A stretch of 62,642 bases of DNA, the filler included, from Choristocarpus tenellus KU-1152 (Eukaryota; Protista; Phaeophyceae), in assembly GCA_964200185.2 (NCBI GenBank). It is 10 parts of 10 records of this genome, joined end to end, with 100 filler letters (N's around TTAATTAATTAA, not from the genome) between each part and the next. Parts side by side here need not be neighbours in the genome. Positions count along the whole stretch, not along the records: positions 13,242 to 17,480 come from CAXNAD020015537.1; positions 17,581 to 26,039 come from CAXNAD020004682.1; 8 more parts are not named here. The stretch is one strand, 5' to 3'. Positions 13,242 through 25,709 of this stretch are shown here, one piece after another; positions within the stretch are counted from its first letter, which is position 1, and each line of letters begins with the position of its first letter. Made by a program: the position numbers and the translations under genes. The notes beneath the pieces were generated by a model. That model did not search any database, was not told the DNA's origin, and was given only the letters and a program-made list of their open reading frames with translations.

Positions 13242-15526
13242 CCAAGCTACAAACCCCCCCCCATGCTCTGAAGCCCTGTTATTCGTGTAAGTTCCACCAC
13301 TGACGGTTACATTGGCACCGGGCCCACCTTCACTGTCACCTGAAGCATAAATCTTTGCCAAGAACATAGATGTGTTAGTATACAAAGGAGCAAAGTATTA
13401 CTAGATTATGTATGGTTGTAAAGGGAACAAGGTTAGATAAATAATTTAGAAACCAATATTGCTTGCTCTCTTGTCTCATGATGCCTACTTGTACGCATCA
13501 TGCACAATAGTTGCTCATGACAATGATTTTTTTTCAATTACTCTCATGGTTGATAGATGATGTAGGTCCATAATATCTCCACAACATACGGCAAACCCTT
13601 TAGCTATTTGCAGTTTTATACACCCAAAAAAAAAATGAACCAGGAGTTTTCCTGCAGCAAAGAACAAAAGCTAAATCGGATATTTCAGCATCAAATACCG
13701 CATATTTTGATGGTAGGAAATAGCTTCAACTACGCTACTGCTAACAATAAGGAAGCGCAAGACCAGACATACAGGGATATAGATGCCAATACGTCAAGAA
13801 GACCTGCAACTCTTATATTCAAATTGGAGCGCTATTTTCCGACATGTTCTGGTGAACGTAGGTGCTGTTGTTGTTTGTTGTCAAAAATGTTGAGATCCTG
13901 TTTGACACGACGTGGAGTAATCGAATGGACATTGTGAGACTTGAAGTAAGTAAAAATCGAAACAAGCACATCCATACACAACACAAACAGGGACACAAGA
14001 CACAATTTCAACTCACCACTCCTGCCCTTTTCGTGGCCGAGCAGTTATGCACAGTGCCATTATAAATCACTACCTCTGATTGACCAGACGCATACAAGAA
14101 GCCCCCATTTCCTTCTGAGCGGCATCCCGTGAAGGTGCCCCCATAGATGGTGATATTGCTATCCTTTGCTGCATAGATGCACCCTCCACTTGTATCTGCA
14201 ATGTTGGTCCCATTCATGACCGTCCCTTCATTCACCTCGACAACCCCAGATCCATAAACCGCTCCCCCAAAATCCCCACTGTTATCGGTAAACACTACAT
14301 CACTTAGGGTCAATACAGTGTTTCCGCTCTAAGAAATTTGAAGCGAAATAAAGGAGATGCACAACCAAAAATGAGGAGAGGGGGCAGGAAGAGAGGTGAG
14401 GGATAGGATTGGACCAACGAATGAGAGATTTGAAAAATCCAATAAAGAAGCACAGAAGCACGCACACTTAACCCGAAAAAATCTATCATCACGTGAACTT
14501 GCAATTATCCTGAACAGTTACCAAACACGTGATACATGGGATGGTTTTGTTCCTAATAACTTCTCAATCGAAGATGTGTGTCCATCTGATCTCGCGTCAC
14601 CGATGGAAGTAATATCTTCATTATTCATGGCCCTGTTGCCTCTACACTCGTTCCCAAACATTATTACTACACCACTATTGCCTTTCAGGGCACCGACCAA
14701 GTTTGGCCCACTCTAAATTATGAGAGCGCAATTGATCACATCTAGGATCGGGCTCTCCATGCACACCCGTCCTCCTCCAGGTATTGAAGACAAATACCTC
14801 ACAATATTCACGCCTGCTGTAACAACATTGCCATCCAATATCGAACTCATAATTGATTCACATTTTGCGTCGCTGCCACTCCAAGTGTGCACTTACCGCA
14901 TATATGGCACCCCCATCGGAAGCTCTGTTCACTTCAAAAATGACGCTGTCCATGGTCAAAATGGAGTCCTCGGCGTAAACTGCCCCACCCTTATCTGCTG
15001 CTGTGTCATTAAAAAATTTACTATCCCTTATTACGATCGTGCTCTTTTCCATCCATACCCCGCCGCCGGATCCTTTCGCTTCATTCGAATCGACCACACA
15101 TTCCACGAGGAAAAGTGAGGCACCATTGCTTAAAATACCACCCCCTTCATCTCCTCCATCATTTGCTTCGGCTACCCCTCCTCGAATCGTTGTGTTTTCT
15201 ATATAAAGTGTAGCCCCAGTATTGACACTAATGATTCGAGCTGAAGGAGCACCGTAGATGACTGCATCGTCTCCAACCTCTCCAAAGATGTTGAGTGTTG
15301 TGTCTTCACCAACCTCGATTGTGCCATCAATTTTGACCATCCCCACCCACACCACATCAACGGTGCCCCCGGTACAATTGACAGCGACCGAGAGATCTGT
15401 CGCTCCAGCTGTGTCGATGATGCGAAGAGTTTGGCTAATGGCGGGGCAGACTACGGCGGACAAACACCTCAAGCACCCGAAAACAAGGACGGTCAGGGCG
15501 CTGAATTCTATTGTGTTTCGAATCAT
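13242..15526 (-). CDS. Secreted/surface polymorphic-membrane-protein-like (Chlamydia PMP repeat, parallel beta-helix) protein; 5' part, truncated by contig end
   Basis: Exons 15526-14897 (MIRNTIEFSALTVLVFGCLRCLSA signal-peptide-like), 14328-14017 and 13352-<13242, all phase 0 with GT-AG. Repeated N-x-A...GG(A/G)(I/V) units: NEAKGSGGGV, NDTAADKGGAVY, NRASDGGAIY, NSGDFGGAVY, NIADTSGGCIY, NRASEHGGGF. Confidence 0.85.
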
Positions 15527-15904
15527 TCTGTTAGTATCACCAGCCAGACCAATGCCGCAGAAAGAGGGCCTTACACCTGCAGCTATCCTCCCATCTTCCA
15601 CGTGGTCACACAATAATCCCAAACTTGAACTTCTAAATTATGGAAGAGAGTAGTGTAAGTGAAGGAGAATGACAATGAATTAAAAAATACAGTGTACAGG
15701 GAGAGGAGGTGATGGAAGAGGGGAGAACAAGGAGAAGTTTAACAGATTACGTGAGATTTTTTTTCAGGTTGGATATATAGGTCGATGACAACAAAAAAAT
15801 GTTTTTCCGATAGGAAATTTCAAAGGTCTCAAATTATACCGTTAAATATTTTACTATTCCTGAGAACATACATCCAATTCCACGTCGCTAGATATTCTTC
15901 ATTC

Positions 15905-16221
15905 CAAAATTCTCAAGGTTCTCCAAGTAAAATTTAAAAGGATTCTATAGAACACCCAACAAAAGAAAATATACCCACTTAAGTTCCTCAGATCCATCCA
16001 CACCCTCCTCATATCAAGAGTCTGTTCGGAAGACTTACCAGAAATTATTGGTCAAGGCAGGTTCAAAATTCTCAAGGCTCTCCAAGTAATATTTAAAAGG
16101 ATTCTATAGAACACCAACAAAAGAAAATATACCCACTTAAGTTCCTCAGGTCCATCCACACCCTCCTCATATCAAGAGTCTGTTCGGAAGACTTACCAGG
16201 AATTATTAGTCAAGGCAGGTT
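15905..16221. repeat. Near-perfect ~159-bp tandem duplication
   Basis: 15905-16063 and 16064-16221 differ at only a few positions. Confidence 0.9.
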
Positions 16222-16505
16222 AGGTTGGGCTCTTATTACCTGATTGCACACGTTAGTTGACACATCGAAATGTGTGCTGCCGTTGGTCGTATGTACCATG
16301 CGCGTTGGTCGTACGTACCATGTTACTTATCCTGTGTGGCTAATACTACGTCAGAAATCCTCCTACAATCTATTCATATCAACGACCATCTGGGATTCGA
16401 TCCTAATACTCTAACGATAAGGGAACGTGTCAATGACACTCGTTCCACTTAGTCAATATTCCTGTTATCTGCAATTAGTCACTAAACAGCTATAAACCAT
16501 ATAGA

Positions 16506-16908
16506 CTACCAGCCTATATTGCACAAGAACAACAGGACGCCGAATTCTACTATGTTTCGAATCATTTTGTAAGTATCACCAGCCAGACCAATGCCGCAGA
16601 AAGGGGACCTTACACCTGCAGCTATCCTCCCATCTTCCACTTGGTCACACAATAATCCCAACCTTTAACTTCTGAAGTATGGAAGAGAGTCAAAGATAAG
16701 TGTAAGTGAAGAAGAGAACAATGAATTAACAAATACAGTGTAGAGGCGAGGAGATGATGGAAGAAGGAAGAAAAAGTACATTTCTAAGAACAGTAGGTGT
16801 TGTATGTTTATATGTTGAAGAAAGAAGAAGTTTGACACAGTATGTAAGATCTTATTTCAGGGTGGATATATAGACCAATGACAACAAAAAAATTGTTTTG
16901 CCGATAAA
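16506..16908 (-). pseudogene. Diverged duplicate of the PMP-like gene's upstream region and start (MIRNIVEFGVLLFLCNIGW*)
   Basis: ~16542-16908 aligns with ~15503-15815; ATG at 16565, stop at 16506. Confidence 0.75.
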
Positions 16909-17480
16909 GTGGTACCAATAGGTTAGTCCTGGAGCAATCTTTTTTTTTTACAGTCTTTCCACAAGAAGTATACAACAACATAAATTTATATATCAAATGA
17001 AAGGTTATGCGAAGAGGTGTTGAAGATTTGCATCCAGGAGTGTACTAACTCCAGTCAGCAGGAACTATGCCCTTACGAAAGAATGCCAAAACGTCAGGGA
17101 ACATCTCCTGCAATTTTGATGGTTACAAGCTCAAAAAGGTACAAAATAGAAGTGTTTGACTGTATTCCCCGCAAAGAACTAACCTTTGAGTGCTTAAAGT
17201 GTTCGACCCCATTATTCAAATATGTTTCTCTCAAACTAGTCGTTTTTTCCCTCGTAAGGACATACACGAAAGCATTACAATCATGAACACCTTTCGAGAC
17301 CGTATTTTTTCGAATTTACACCTTGCCGGAGAGTCCCCCCTTATCAACTGTCAAAGAACCACCTGGTTTGCCTCGGCCGCCTCCAGAACACATCGATCCT
17401 ATGTTACAGGCGCCCCTCAATGCTCACCTTTCCAGGATGTACAACTGAAATCCATCGACCTTAAAACGACGCTATGGGGG

Positions 17481-17580
17481 NNNNNNNNNNNNNNNNNNNN
17501 NNNNNNNNNNNNNNNNNNNNNNNNTTAATTAATTAANNNNNNNNNNNNNNNNNNNNNNNNNNNNNNNNNNNNNNNNNNNN
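17481..17580. other. Artificial contig linker
   Basis: N44-TTAATTAATTAA-N44. Confidence 0.97.
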
Positions 17581-17595
17581 ATCTGGGAGACTCAC

Positions 17596-19926
17596 CTTGA
17601 TCCTATCATGCATCAGTGCAAACAAGAACAAAATCTCCTCTAGCTTTCCTCCATCCGAAACACGCCCAGAAGCGAGCTCAAACTCCTTGAGCACAAAGTA
17701 GGTTGCTGATTGGATGCATGCATATGTTCGTGGGTACCAGGGACGGACAGGGGTTACTATCTTTCACGCTGAGACTGTAGATGCTTGGGTGTACAGACAT
17801 ATATTCTTGGCTGGGACATGACAACAGTGAGTGGACTTTCAAAATGAAATAACACAAAACTAGTTCTAAAATTGACTGCTGTGGTCGCTTGCTCAACAGA
17901 CAGGGCAGCAATAAGCAGGACCCGTTATGTTGCCATGCAGTCTGATTCATTGCAGAAGAGTGATAGTGGTCACCAAAAAAGGGATCCTATTGTTAAACCT
18001 CTGTCAGACCCAACAGAAGAATGATGATCGGTCAGAAAATAGTTCAAGCGGGGGGAGGGAAGAGTGTCTCCCTACCCTCTGCAGTACAAATGTGACCTTC
18101 CCCCTTGATGTGCCACCTCCAGAAGCAGCTCCGTGCAGGAGGGGATCGTATTCGCACATGGCGTAGTCCCTCCAGATTTGGGTGCTTTAGGATGGGGCCT
18201 GTCCTCTCCCACCTTGAGCAGGCAGTTGAATAAAATGCAAGGGGAAATTCATTTGCAATGTATTTGAGAGAACTTCAGTTTGCAGGGACAGTATTATTCC
18301 CTACGATAGAAGTAAGGGTGTATTTCGAGCTTTTCTGCTGGTGCATGTCCTGAAACAAAAAAATATTCATGATAATCAACAGATTCAAGTTGGCCCTTGC
18401 TTCCTGCGACAATCAATACAACCAATTCTGCAATGAGAGAGCCAAGATGGAGGAGGGAGGGACAAGCCAACTACTGTAGTAGTACAGTGATCACTGCTTT
18501 GTAAAGGAGGTGAACAGTTGTGTCATTCACAATATTGAGGATCTGTGAAGGCAGTGTCAGCAGAGTATTTTACATGAGTAACCTTGAGATTTATCAAACT
18601 CTTTGACAGTGTGGTCAAACTGGGGTTGCACAGCTACTCCACCCATGGACATCTGCGCCTTGAATCAAGCATTCTTGAGCAGGCTGTTCCACAGTACCAT
18701 TAGAGAGCAAGGGCACATTGTTCTTCCTACTCAACATTTACACACCTACCCGCTGTCCACCAGTATCACCCTCTCCACTTCATGAAGATCAGACGGGGGC
18801 AGTTCATCCCAGCATATTGACCTCTCACTAGGGAACACCACCAATACAGTTCTTGGGTTGTACTCCGGGATATCTCCATCAAACGACAACACCCGAACGG
18901 ACTGTGACGATGATCGCGTTTAAGGAAGGAGAGAGATTGCAGGATTTCAGCATTTGCGCTAACAACACATGTCCACTTTTGGGGAGGGATACATATGAAC
19001 CACTCCCGGGAGAGAAGGGTTTCAGATTGCAGCACATGTCCACACTTATCCTCTGGTCCAGCATGGCCTCACCTGCGCATACGCAGTAATAGCTGAGGAA
19101 TTCCACGATAGGCACCCTCATCCCCCACACAACTTGCAAAACATCGATCACGTGAGCGTGAAAATCTCTGAAAGAACACGACAGTGGCACAGACCACAAC
19201 TCCTAGCTGGTTGCACGATCAAGATTTGAAAATACATTTCGAGCTGCTACATACCTTAGGTGCAACGACTGCCACTTGCACTCCCGAAGATTTCTTCCAC
19301 TCCCTTTGAGTGATTATCATGTCGACCTGTGCCCAAAAGCAGGAGAGCGCAGACAGCCACGAGTGAGAAGTTTCTCGTCACGGCTAAATTTCCATATCTG
19401 CTTTGGACCATGCCACAGAGGAATGCCCATTTAGTTGTGCTACATGTCATAATGCTACAATTGGGCAGCATGTAGGACTTCTATTAGCGACCAGAGGCTC
19501 GAATAGTTCGATGGTGATATCATGGTGAAAGAGAGAATGGCGAAGGGTGAGGACAGGATGATAGACCTATCGTGAAGGGTCCCCTCGAAATGAGTTATTT
19601 TTATAAAGAGAATAAGTTTGCTTACCTTTAGAGTGAAAAGTGAGATCCGGAAGCTGGACACCCACCGGCTTACCCACGAACGACACACATCTGTAGCAGT
19701 AGAACTTTCTCATATCACCACACGAGTCGCAACATTGCCTTGCAGGCCATCCCTGGCAGGAGGGAGGGTTGTCGAGGTAGGTACGGAACGCGCTGACCTC
19801 CTCGTCATCTCCTGTTCAACCCCCAACCGTCGCAGATACCCCTTCTGACATACCATTTCTACCGTCATGTTCAATTTTGGTACCCGCTTCTACCTCTTCA
19901 TGGCACGAATAACTTTCTCTCTCCAT
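17596..19926 (-). CDS. DTWD1: DTW-domain protein DTWD1 (tRNA-uridine aminocarboxypropyltransferase); apparent frameshift, possible pseudogene or sequence error
   Basis: Exons 19926-19626 (RQCCDSCGDMRKFYCYRC zinc motif), 19326-19255 (VDMIITQREWKKSSGVQVAVVAPK), 18901-18750 (IPEYNPRTVLVVFPS...VILVDS), 18212-18076 (WERTGPILKHPNLEGL...CFWRWHIKGEGHICTAE), 17705-17596 (ATYFVLKEF...LEEILFLFALMHDRIK). These are collinear with DTWD1 motifs (CxxC..RxFYCYxC, KSTA, DSTW, FWR, LSTIEAIYY). Confidence 0.85.
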
Positions 19927-20102
19927 CACCACACCACGCTCCCCTTTCTGTAGGTCTTTACTTGACAATACTATTTAAGGTGTTGTGAGGTTTATTTTGA
20001 GGAATTTGTTCAGGCGTTGCTGTATGGATCTTTACAAAAACAAAGTTTGTATCGTTAGTATCCTTCCACACCAGAATCTTGTTTGGCACTTTCCAGGTCC
20101 AC
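19927..20102. promoter_or_regulatory. Putative compact bidirectional promoter between DTWD1 and the TPR gene
   Basis: Only 176 bp between the divergent predicted ATGs; inferred from geometry alone. Confidence 0.5.
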
Positions 20103-23100
20103 ATGGTAGGTTGCACAATACTTGCGACAGTCATCACCACATTTTTAGCACCATGCACACTTGCTACATTTCGCTACGGCCAGGGCCTGCAGGTACTCGC
20201 AGTGGCGTCAGCGAAACTTTTAGTCCAGAACGATACCCTTGGAGCCTTGCCCACGATCAAGAATGGGAAAGGGTTGGGGTTGATGAAGGACGGCAGTGAT
20301 AGTGAGGAAGAACAGGAGCTTTACGTGCGCGAAGATGATATTCCAGCTTATGACGCTTACAACGAGGGTATAGAGCTCCAAGTGAGGGGGAAATGCAGTG
20401 ATGCTTATCGTAGGTCACACTTTCTGCTTTATTGTTTCGTCTTGGATACGTCGAGGGACGCAGTGGAAGCATCTGCACCCCTTCAGTTTTCTGACCCAGT
20501 AATCGTTGTCCTAGTCCCCAAGTTAATTCTATAAGTTTTTCACCTTCATCTCGGCTAACATTGCCTTTGCGTGTAGCGAGGAGTAGGTGGCAAAACAGAT
20601 TGCAGATTACAGATGTATCCCACCTGTGCAACTGCCATGACAAAAGCTAGCCCTCACCTCTTCTCTTAGTCTAAGGACAAGAAGGGCGCACCAGTCATTC
20701 TTCCTGTAGGGTGGGTGGGTTTTGGATATCCAGTGAAGAAGACCGACATTGTTCGTGACAAAGGTATATCAGAGTACTTGATGTAGGAGTCAAGGCAGTT
20801 TTACCCCACCATATCTACATATCGCCTTGCTGGATACCCTGCATTTGTGTCCAAGCAGAAGCGTGGCGAGACCAATGCCTCCCTGCAAGAGTTTTATCGG
20901 GCAGTCAATCTCATACCAGATTTTGCTATGGCCTGGATCAATGTGGGCGTGGCACTGACTGATCTGGAAAGGATTGATGAAGCTGTGGAGGCTTATAAGG
21001 TAGGTTCGACGTGGAAGACGGATACAAGCAAACCTACTAATGCATATTTAATCCTTCGAGCTGACAGTGATATGTTTTAGATAACGAAAATGGAGATCTC
21101 CAAATGTGTAGTGCCTTTGTGCTTCTCTAAACCACTTTCTTGATACTACAGTCCCAACGCACTGAACTCTGTCAACAAGAGGAACCTTCATGGGATGCGA
21201 GTAGCTTGAACTTCATCTCTTCTATAAGCAGTTGCTTCAGCCTTTCGGAATCACTGAGCTATATCGCACCACACTATTGCCATTTGAATTTGATGGTTCA
21301 AGTTTCCTCGTTCTGGACCTACCGTTGGTCAGCTGATAACCCTCAGCTCATTAGATATCACATGTCTCAAAATTCCTCATGTTCTTACGGAAACAATCGC
21401 AAACAGATGTACTCGGTGACTTCCAACCCTAAACCCAAACCTCTATTAAGCTATCACCATATATCAGAAGTCTAAACTTCCCTTCCCGACTCTCTTCCTT
21501 TGTAGTTCGTATTAACCCTACCAGCAGTGAGGAATACTGAAAAGGCCCACGCCTTGTGCAACTATGGACACCTGGTACAGATGACTGCAGGTGTGGACTA
21601 TGCCAAGTTGGAGGAAGCGATGTCACTCTTCAACAGGTAAGGTTTGGTGGTGTTGGAGACATAATAGGCCGGTGGTGAATAAAAGGAGACCATGGGGTAC
21701 TTCTCTGTAGTGTAGTTATTGGCTCAAAGTATCTGGGAGGGGGTAGCGGCTGTCCATTTGGGGTCAACTTTTTCATGTCGCGTTTCTTGTGTGAGTAGGT
21801 TGCATACGTCGGATGGATAATGTAAAGGCACTTCTCCTGACTATGACCCAGATGGATACCTTGGTGTAGATTCCCCCCCCCCCCAGATACTTTAAGTCAT
21901 TAGTTGCGGATTGTGATCAATTTTCAAAAGAAAAGCACCATTCTTTCCATGGTATGGTGATCTCACCACCATCAAGGATATTTGGAAGAGTTTAACAGGC
22001 AGCTTTACCACCCGTCTTGAGTGAATGTAGATGAGATATATTTCCAATGCCTAACTGCCTTATGGGGTTGTAATCTAGGCGCCATAATGATTCTCTCACT
22101 AGACCATGGAGGACAACATTTTTTTTTGTGTAGGGTCTGGGGAGTAGGGACCTCGTTGGTCTTATGTCACTGTGATATTGCATCCTGTCACCTCCCCTCC
22201 TCCTTTTTTGCGCACCCTTCCAATCTGCCTTTTCTGTGTTGGTGGTGGTGGTGGGGGGGATTCTTGTGTGTGATTGTTCCATTGTGGAGACTGGCAGGGG
22301 ACTTGAGGTGGCCCCAGATCATGCAGGGTGCGCTTACAACCTTGGACTGGGACTAGAAAAGGTGATGGGCTACAGGAAATGTGTTGGCTCAAAGTATCTG
22401 AGAGGGGGGAGCTGTCTATTTCGGGTCAATTTTTTCTCATCGCTATTTTTGTGTGATTTGGTTGCATACGTCGAATGGATAATGTAAATTCACTTTTCCT
22501 GATTTTGGTCCAAATGGACACCCTGGTGTAGACCCACCCACCCACCCACCCCCCATTAGATACTTTGGGTCGTTTGGGAGCGAGCTGAGCATCCAGTACT
22601 CTCGTGCATCTTTGGGAGGGATTAGAGTCCCGCTTTCAATAGGGTATATGCCGCGAGGGCAGGAAAACAGACACTCCCTACGGGCCTATCATGCGCACTA
22701 CTACATGTCACATCATTCTTAGAGGGGCACAGACTTTGATTATGCCAGTTCCGTGACAACACATTTACTACAAGGTTTGGTACAAGAGTACCAAGCTCAA
22801 CCCATAAATAGTATGCATTGCGAATTACGATTTTTAGCGCTGTGGTTGTAGATGTTATGCACTAGCCTAAATCAAATTGTGTTTTAGAGTACAAATAGCA
22901 ATACAATCTTAATAAGTGGCGACTCGAAGTACCTGGGGGGGGAAAGGAGGGGTGGTGACTGTCCACTTGGGGCCCATTTTTCCATGTCACAATTTTTTTG
23001 GTGATTTGGTTGCATGTGTCGGAAGGATAATGTAAGTGCGCCTTTCCTGGTCAGGGCTCAAATGGACACCCTGGTGTAGATCCCTACCCCCGCCCCCACC

Positions 23101-25709
23101 TCCCCGCCAGATACTTTGAGCCTGGCACGCAATGCATCCAAAGTGTGTTGGACTCCAACAGCACGCCTACAGTCCCTCTTGAGCACTGATCAGCAACATT
23201 AATATCTTGATACTGTGTCTTCAACACGCCATGCCTTGCAGTCATTGCTTATGACATGGAGAGATGATTGCACTCGGAGCAGAGATTTGAACGTGCCAGG
23301 GCGAAACATAGCAGGGCTAAGACCAGAAACATCAAAAAAGAAAAAAAGAAACGTGCGGCGTGGACAAAAGTGCAGGGTGTCATTCCCTCAATTTTGAGCT
23401 CGAGACACCAACTGATAAATAGTCTATGACTCGATACACCAACTGATAAATAGTCTATGACTCGAGACACCAACTGATAAATAGTCTATGACTCGAGACA
23501 CCAACTGATAAATAGTCTATGACTCGATACATTGTATTTACTCTAATGTAAAGAATGGATTGCTGGAACCAAAAAGCCAAATCGACCCAAAGCATTGAAC
23601 AGGGTGGGAGTTTTACCCTGTTTGTCCGTTCAGGGCTTGGCTTCCCACAGGTTTCTTACGCCCTCCTTCGGTTTTTTCCGTGTGAACACAGTTACCTAAA
23701 ATGTATACAACTATGGAAGGTGTGTCTGGAGCGAGGAGATTGACACTTGCTGAAAAACACGATAGCCGAAATTAATCAAAATCTCGACATTGGACTGATG
23801 ACCTCGAACGAATACGACCCTACCCCTCTTAAATGCTTTGACTCATTCCACAGCAGTAGGACGCAACCAAGTTGAACACACCTCTCAAAGCCTCTTATAT
23901 CGCCCATCCGCCAACGCCAGGCTGGGAGATATCCCGAGGCAAGACTGCAGTACCTTCGAGCACTTGAACTACAGCCTGAGATGGGAAATGCTCACCTCAA
24001 TCTTGGCAATATCGCCTTCAGGGCTGGCAATGTTGAGGAGTGCCGGTCACGATACGAACTGTGGGTAACACAACGGGTTTGTCCTTGTTTACTCCTTCCC
24101 CCCTGCCTCATCCTTTGAAGGATACCTCATTGCCCCTCCATATCCTTTCTGTTCTGAGATTTATCTAGTGAAGATACGTGATACCTTGGAAGTAGTTTCC
24201 AAGGTCCTCGAGTCAACAAGGGGCTGGATATTTTTGGAGAGCCTACTAGCAATAATAGCATGACTTCCAGTTCAGTCATTATTTGGAGTCCCACAAGTGA
24301 GTCACAGTTGGCTGTGTTCTAGTGGACTTTAGAGGAGATGTTTACTTCTGGGAGGTTGGCCCAGCAGGACAAGTACATCAGTACTAGGGACCCACCTAAA
24401 ACCTGAGCTGTTTGGCACTATTAGTTCTTTCAAGATTTTATGGACTGATGCCCCAACATGTGAGGGATGTGCCCTCCACCATATTTATTTTCTCTTGCTC
24501 TGCTGACAAGAGACAAGAAGCATGCACTGTGCCTAACTAAGGTCTACTAGGAAGCTTGTTAATTCAGTGAGACTGTGATTGGCAAGACTACATGGTAAAT
24601 ATTGTTTCTTGTTCGACCCTCAGCCCTCCTCACCCCTCCCTATTAACAGAGCCTTGTCAAGTGCAGAAGTGAATACCCGCCTGCAAAGGACTAGCTACTT
24701 CATGTTAGGGCAGGTGAGACCATTGTCATTTGAGTAGCAAAGGAGAGGAGCTTACGTACATCATTCATTATACCAGTAAGAGCATGATAGTTACACTTAC
24801 AGGTCCCTCACTTGTACTCATCCAGGAGACAGCCCCACTCCAACTCTACTGCTTTGCATTGTACGGTTGAGTAAATTCACATGCAGTCAAGCATGGCAAT
24901 TGAGGAATGAGTAGCATGACTCCTGGGTACTACTACAAAATACCATTGCTTAGAAGTGACCACACCGTGCTATTGGGGTAGTAAAGGGAAGCTTGATTGT
25001 TGTGTGGTTGTATGTACTAAACCCTATATTTGGAATATGCTTGAACTCTCGACATAGCCAACACCTGCAATGAACCCTAACCCTAAAAAGTGACAAGCAG
25101 GCTAGTAGAGTGGCTTGCAGAGGGAAGGCATGCTCTTGGCTCAATGTAGCATACAAGCCGTTCTGTTGGTGTAGTTGTTTCCTCTCATACAGGGTCTCTC
25201 ACTCCTTGCACGTTGCAGTATATGTTAATGCTAAGCCCTGACAGACTTAGCTTGCTGTAGCGTCCAGTAGCTCTAGTTCTGATGCCAACACTTAACCTTG
25301 ACCATTTCACTCAAGCCCGTTCTGTGTGACCTGTGTCTCTTTCGTCTCAAAAACGTCAAGACAGTACCATCTCTTGGCGATGTCTAGATCTGCGCAAGAA
25401 TCGAACTCAATAATCTCACAGGGCACACTTTTGTTTGCCACAGTCAACATGACCCTGTTTTGCTTATGTAGGGGTGGTTTCTGTACCCTACCGCGGAGTC
25501 AACCTGAAGAGCTAAGAAAGCATGTGCCCAGTGATGCAATTCCCACCCTGATTATGCACCTGCCAGAGTAGTCATGGCTCCAGACTTGCACCCAAACGAA
25601 CCAGGTGTATCGCCATGGCTTTGGTAATATGTGGAAGGCTGTGGAAATGTACCGAGTCGCGCAGAACTTGGATCCAGAGTACAAGGACTCTCTTTGTTGT
25701 GTATTTCAG
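20103..25709 (+). CDS. Tetratricopeptide-repeat protein with N-terminal hydrophobic/signal-like segment; 3' end outside the contig
   Basis: Phase-consistent exons 20103-20381, 20859-20999, 21506-21636, 22298-22361, 23921-24060, 24650-24713, 25605-25709. TPRs include PDFAMAWINVGVALTDLERIDEAVEAYK, PDHAGCAYNLGLGLEKAGRYPEARLQYLRALELQPEMGNAHLNLGNIAFRAGNVEEC and KAVEMYRVAQNLDPEYKDSLCCVFQ. Confidence 0.85.
21721..21898 (+). mobile_element. MITE family A, full copy, intronic
   Basis: Both TIRs present; ATT/ATT target duplication. Confidence 0.85.
22386..22571 (+). mobile_element. MITE family A, full copy, intronic
   Basis: Both TIRs present; GTT/GTT target duplication; 25 bp from a donor site. Confidence 0.85.
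22921..23122 (+). mobile_element. MITE family A, full copy, intronic
   Basis: Both TIRs present; TGGC/TGGC flanks. Confidence 0.85.
23399..23531. repeat. 31-bp minisatellite x ~4.3 (ctcgagacaccaactgataaatagtctatga)
   Basis: Head-to-tail copies with one G/T variant position, no spacers. Confidence 0.92.

Noticed and set aside
14518-14850. Extra exon(s) in intron 1 of the PMP-like gene
   Set aside because: The flanking exons already join in phase, there are no clear GGA(I/V) repeats, and the splice sites are weak.
19816-19818. In-frame TGA in DTWD1 as selenocysteine
   Set aside because: It falls in a non-conserved N-terminal stretch rather than at a conserved Cys, and no SECIS could be assessed.
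23399-23531. 31-bp repeats as a CRISPR array
   Set aside because: Copies are head-to-tail without unique spacers, there are no cas genes, and the array lies in a eukaryotic intron.
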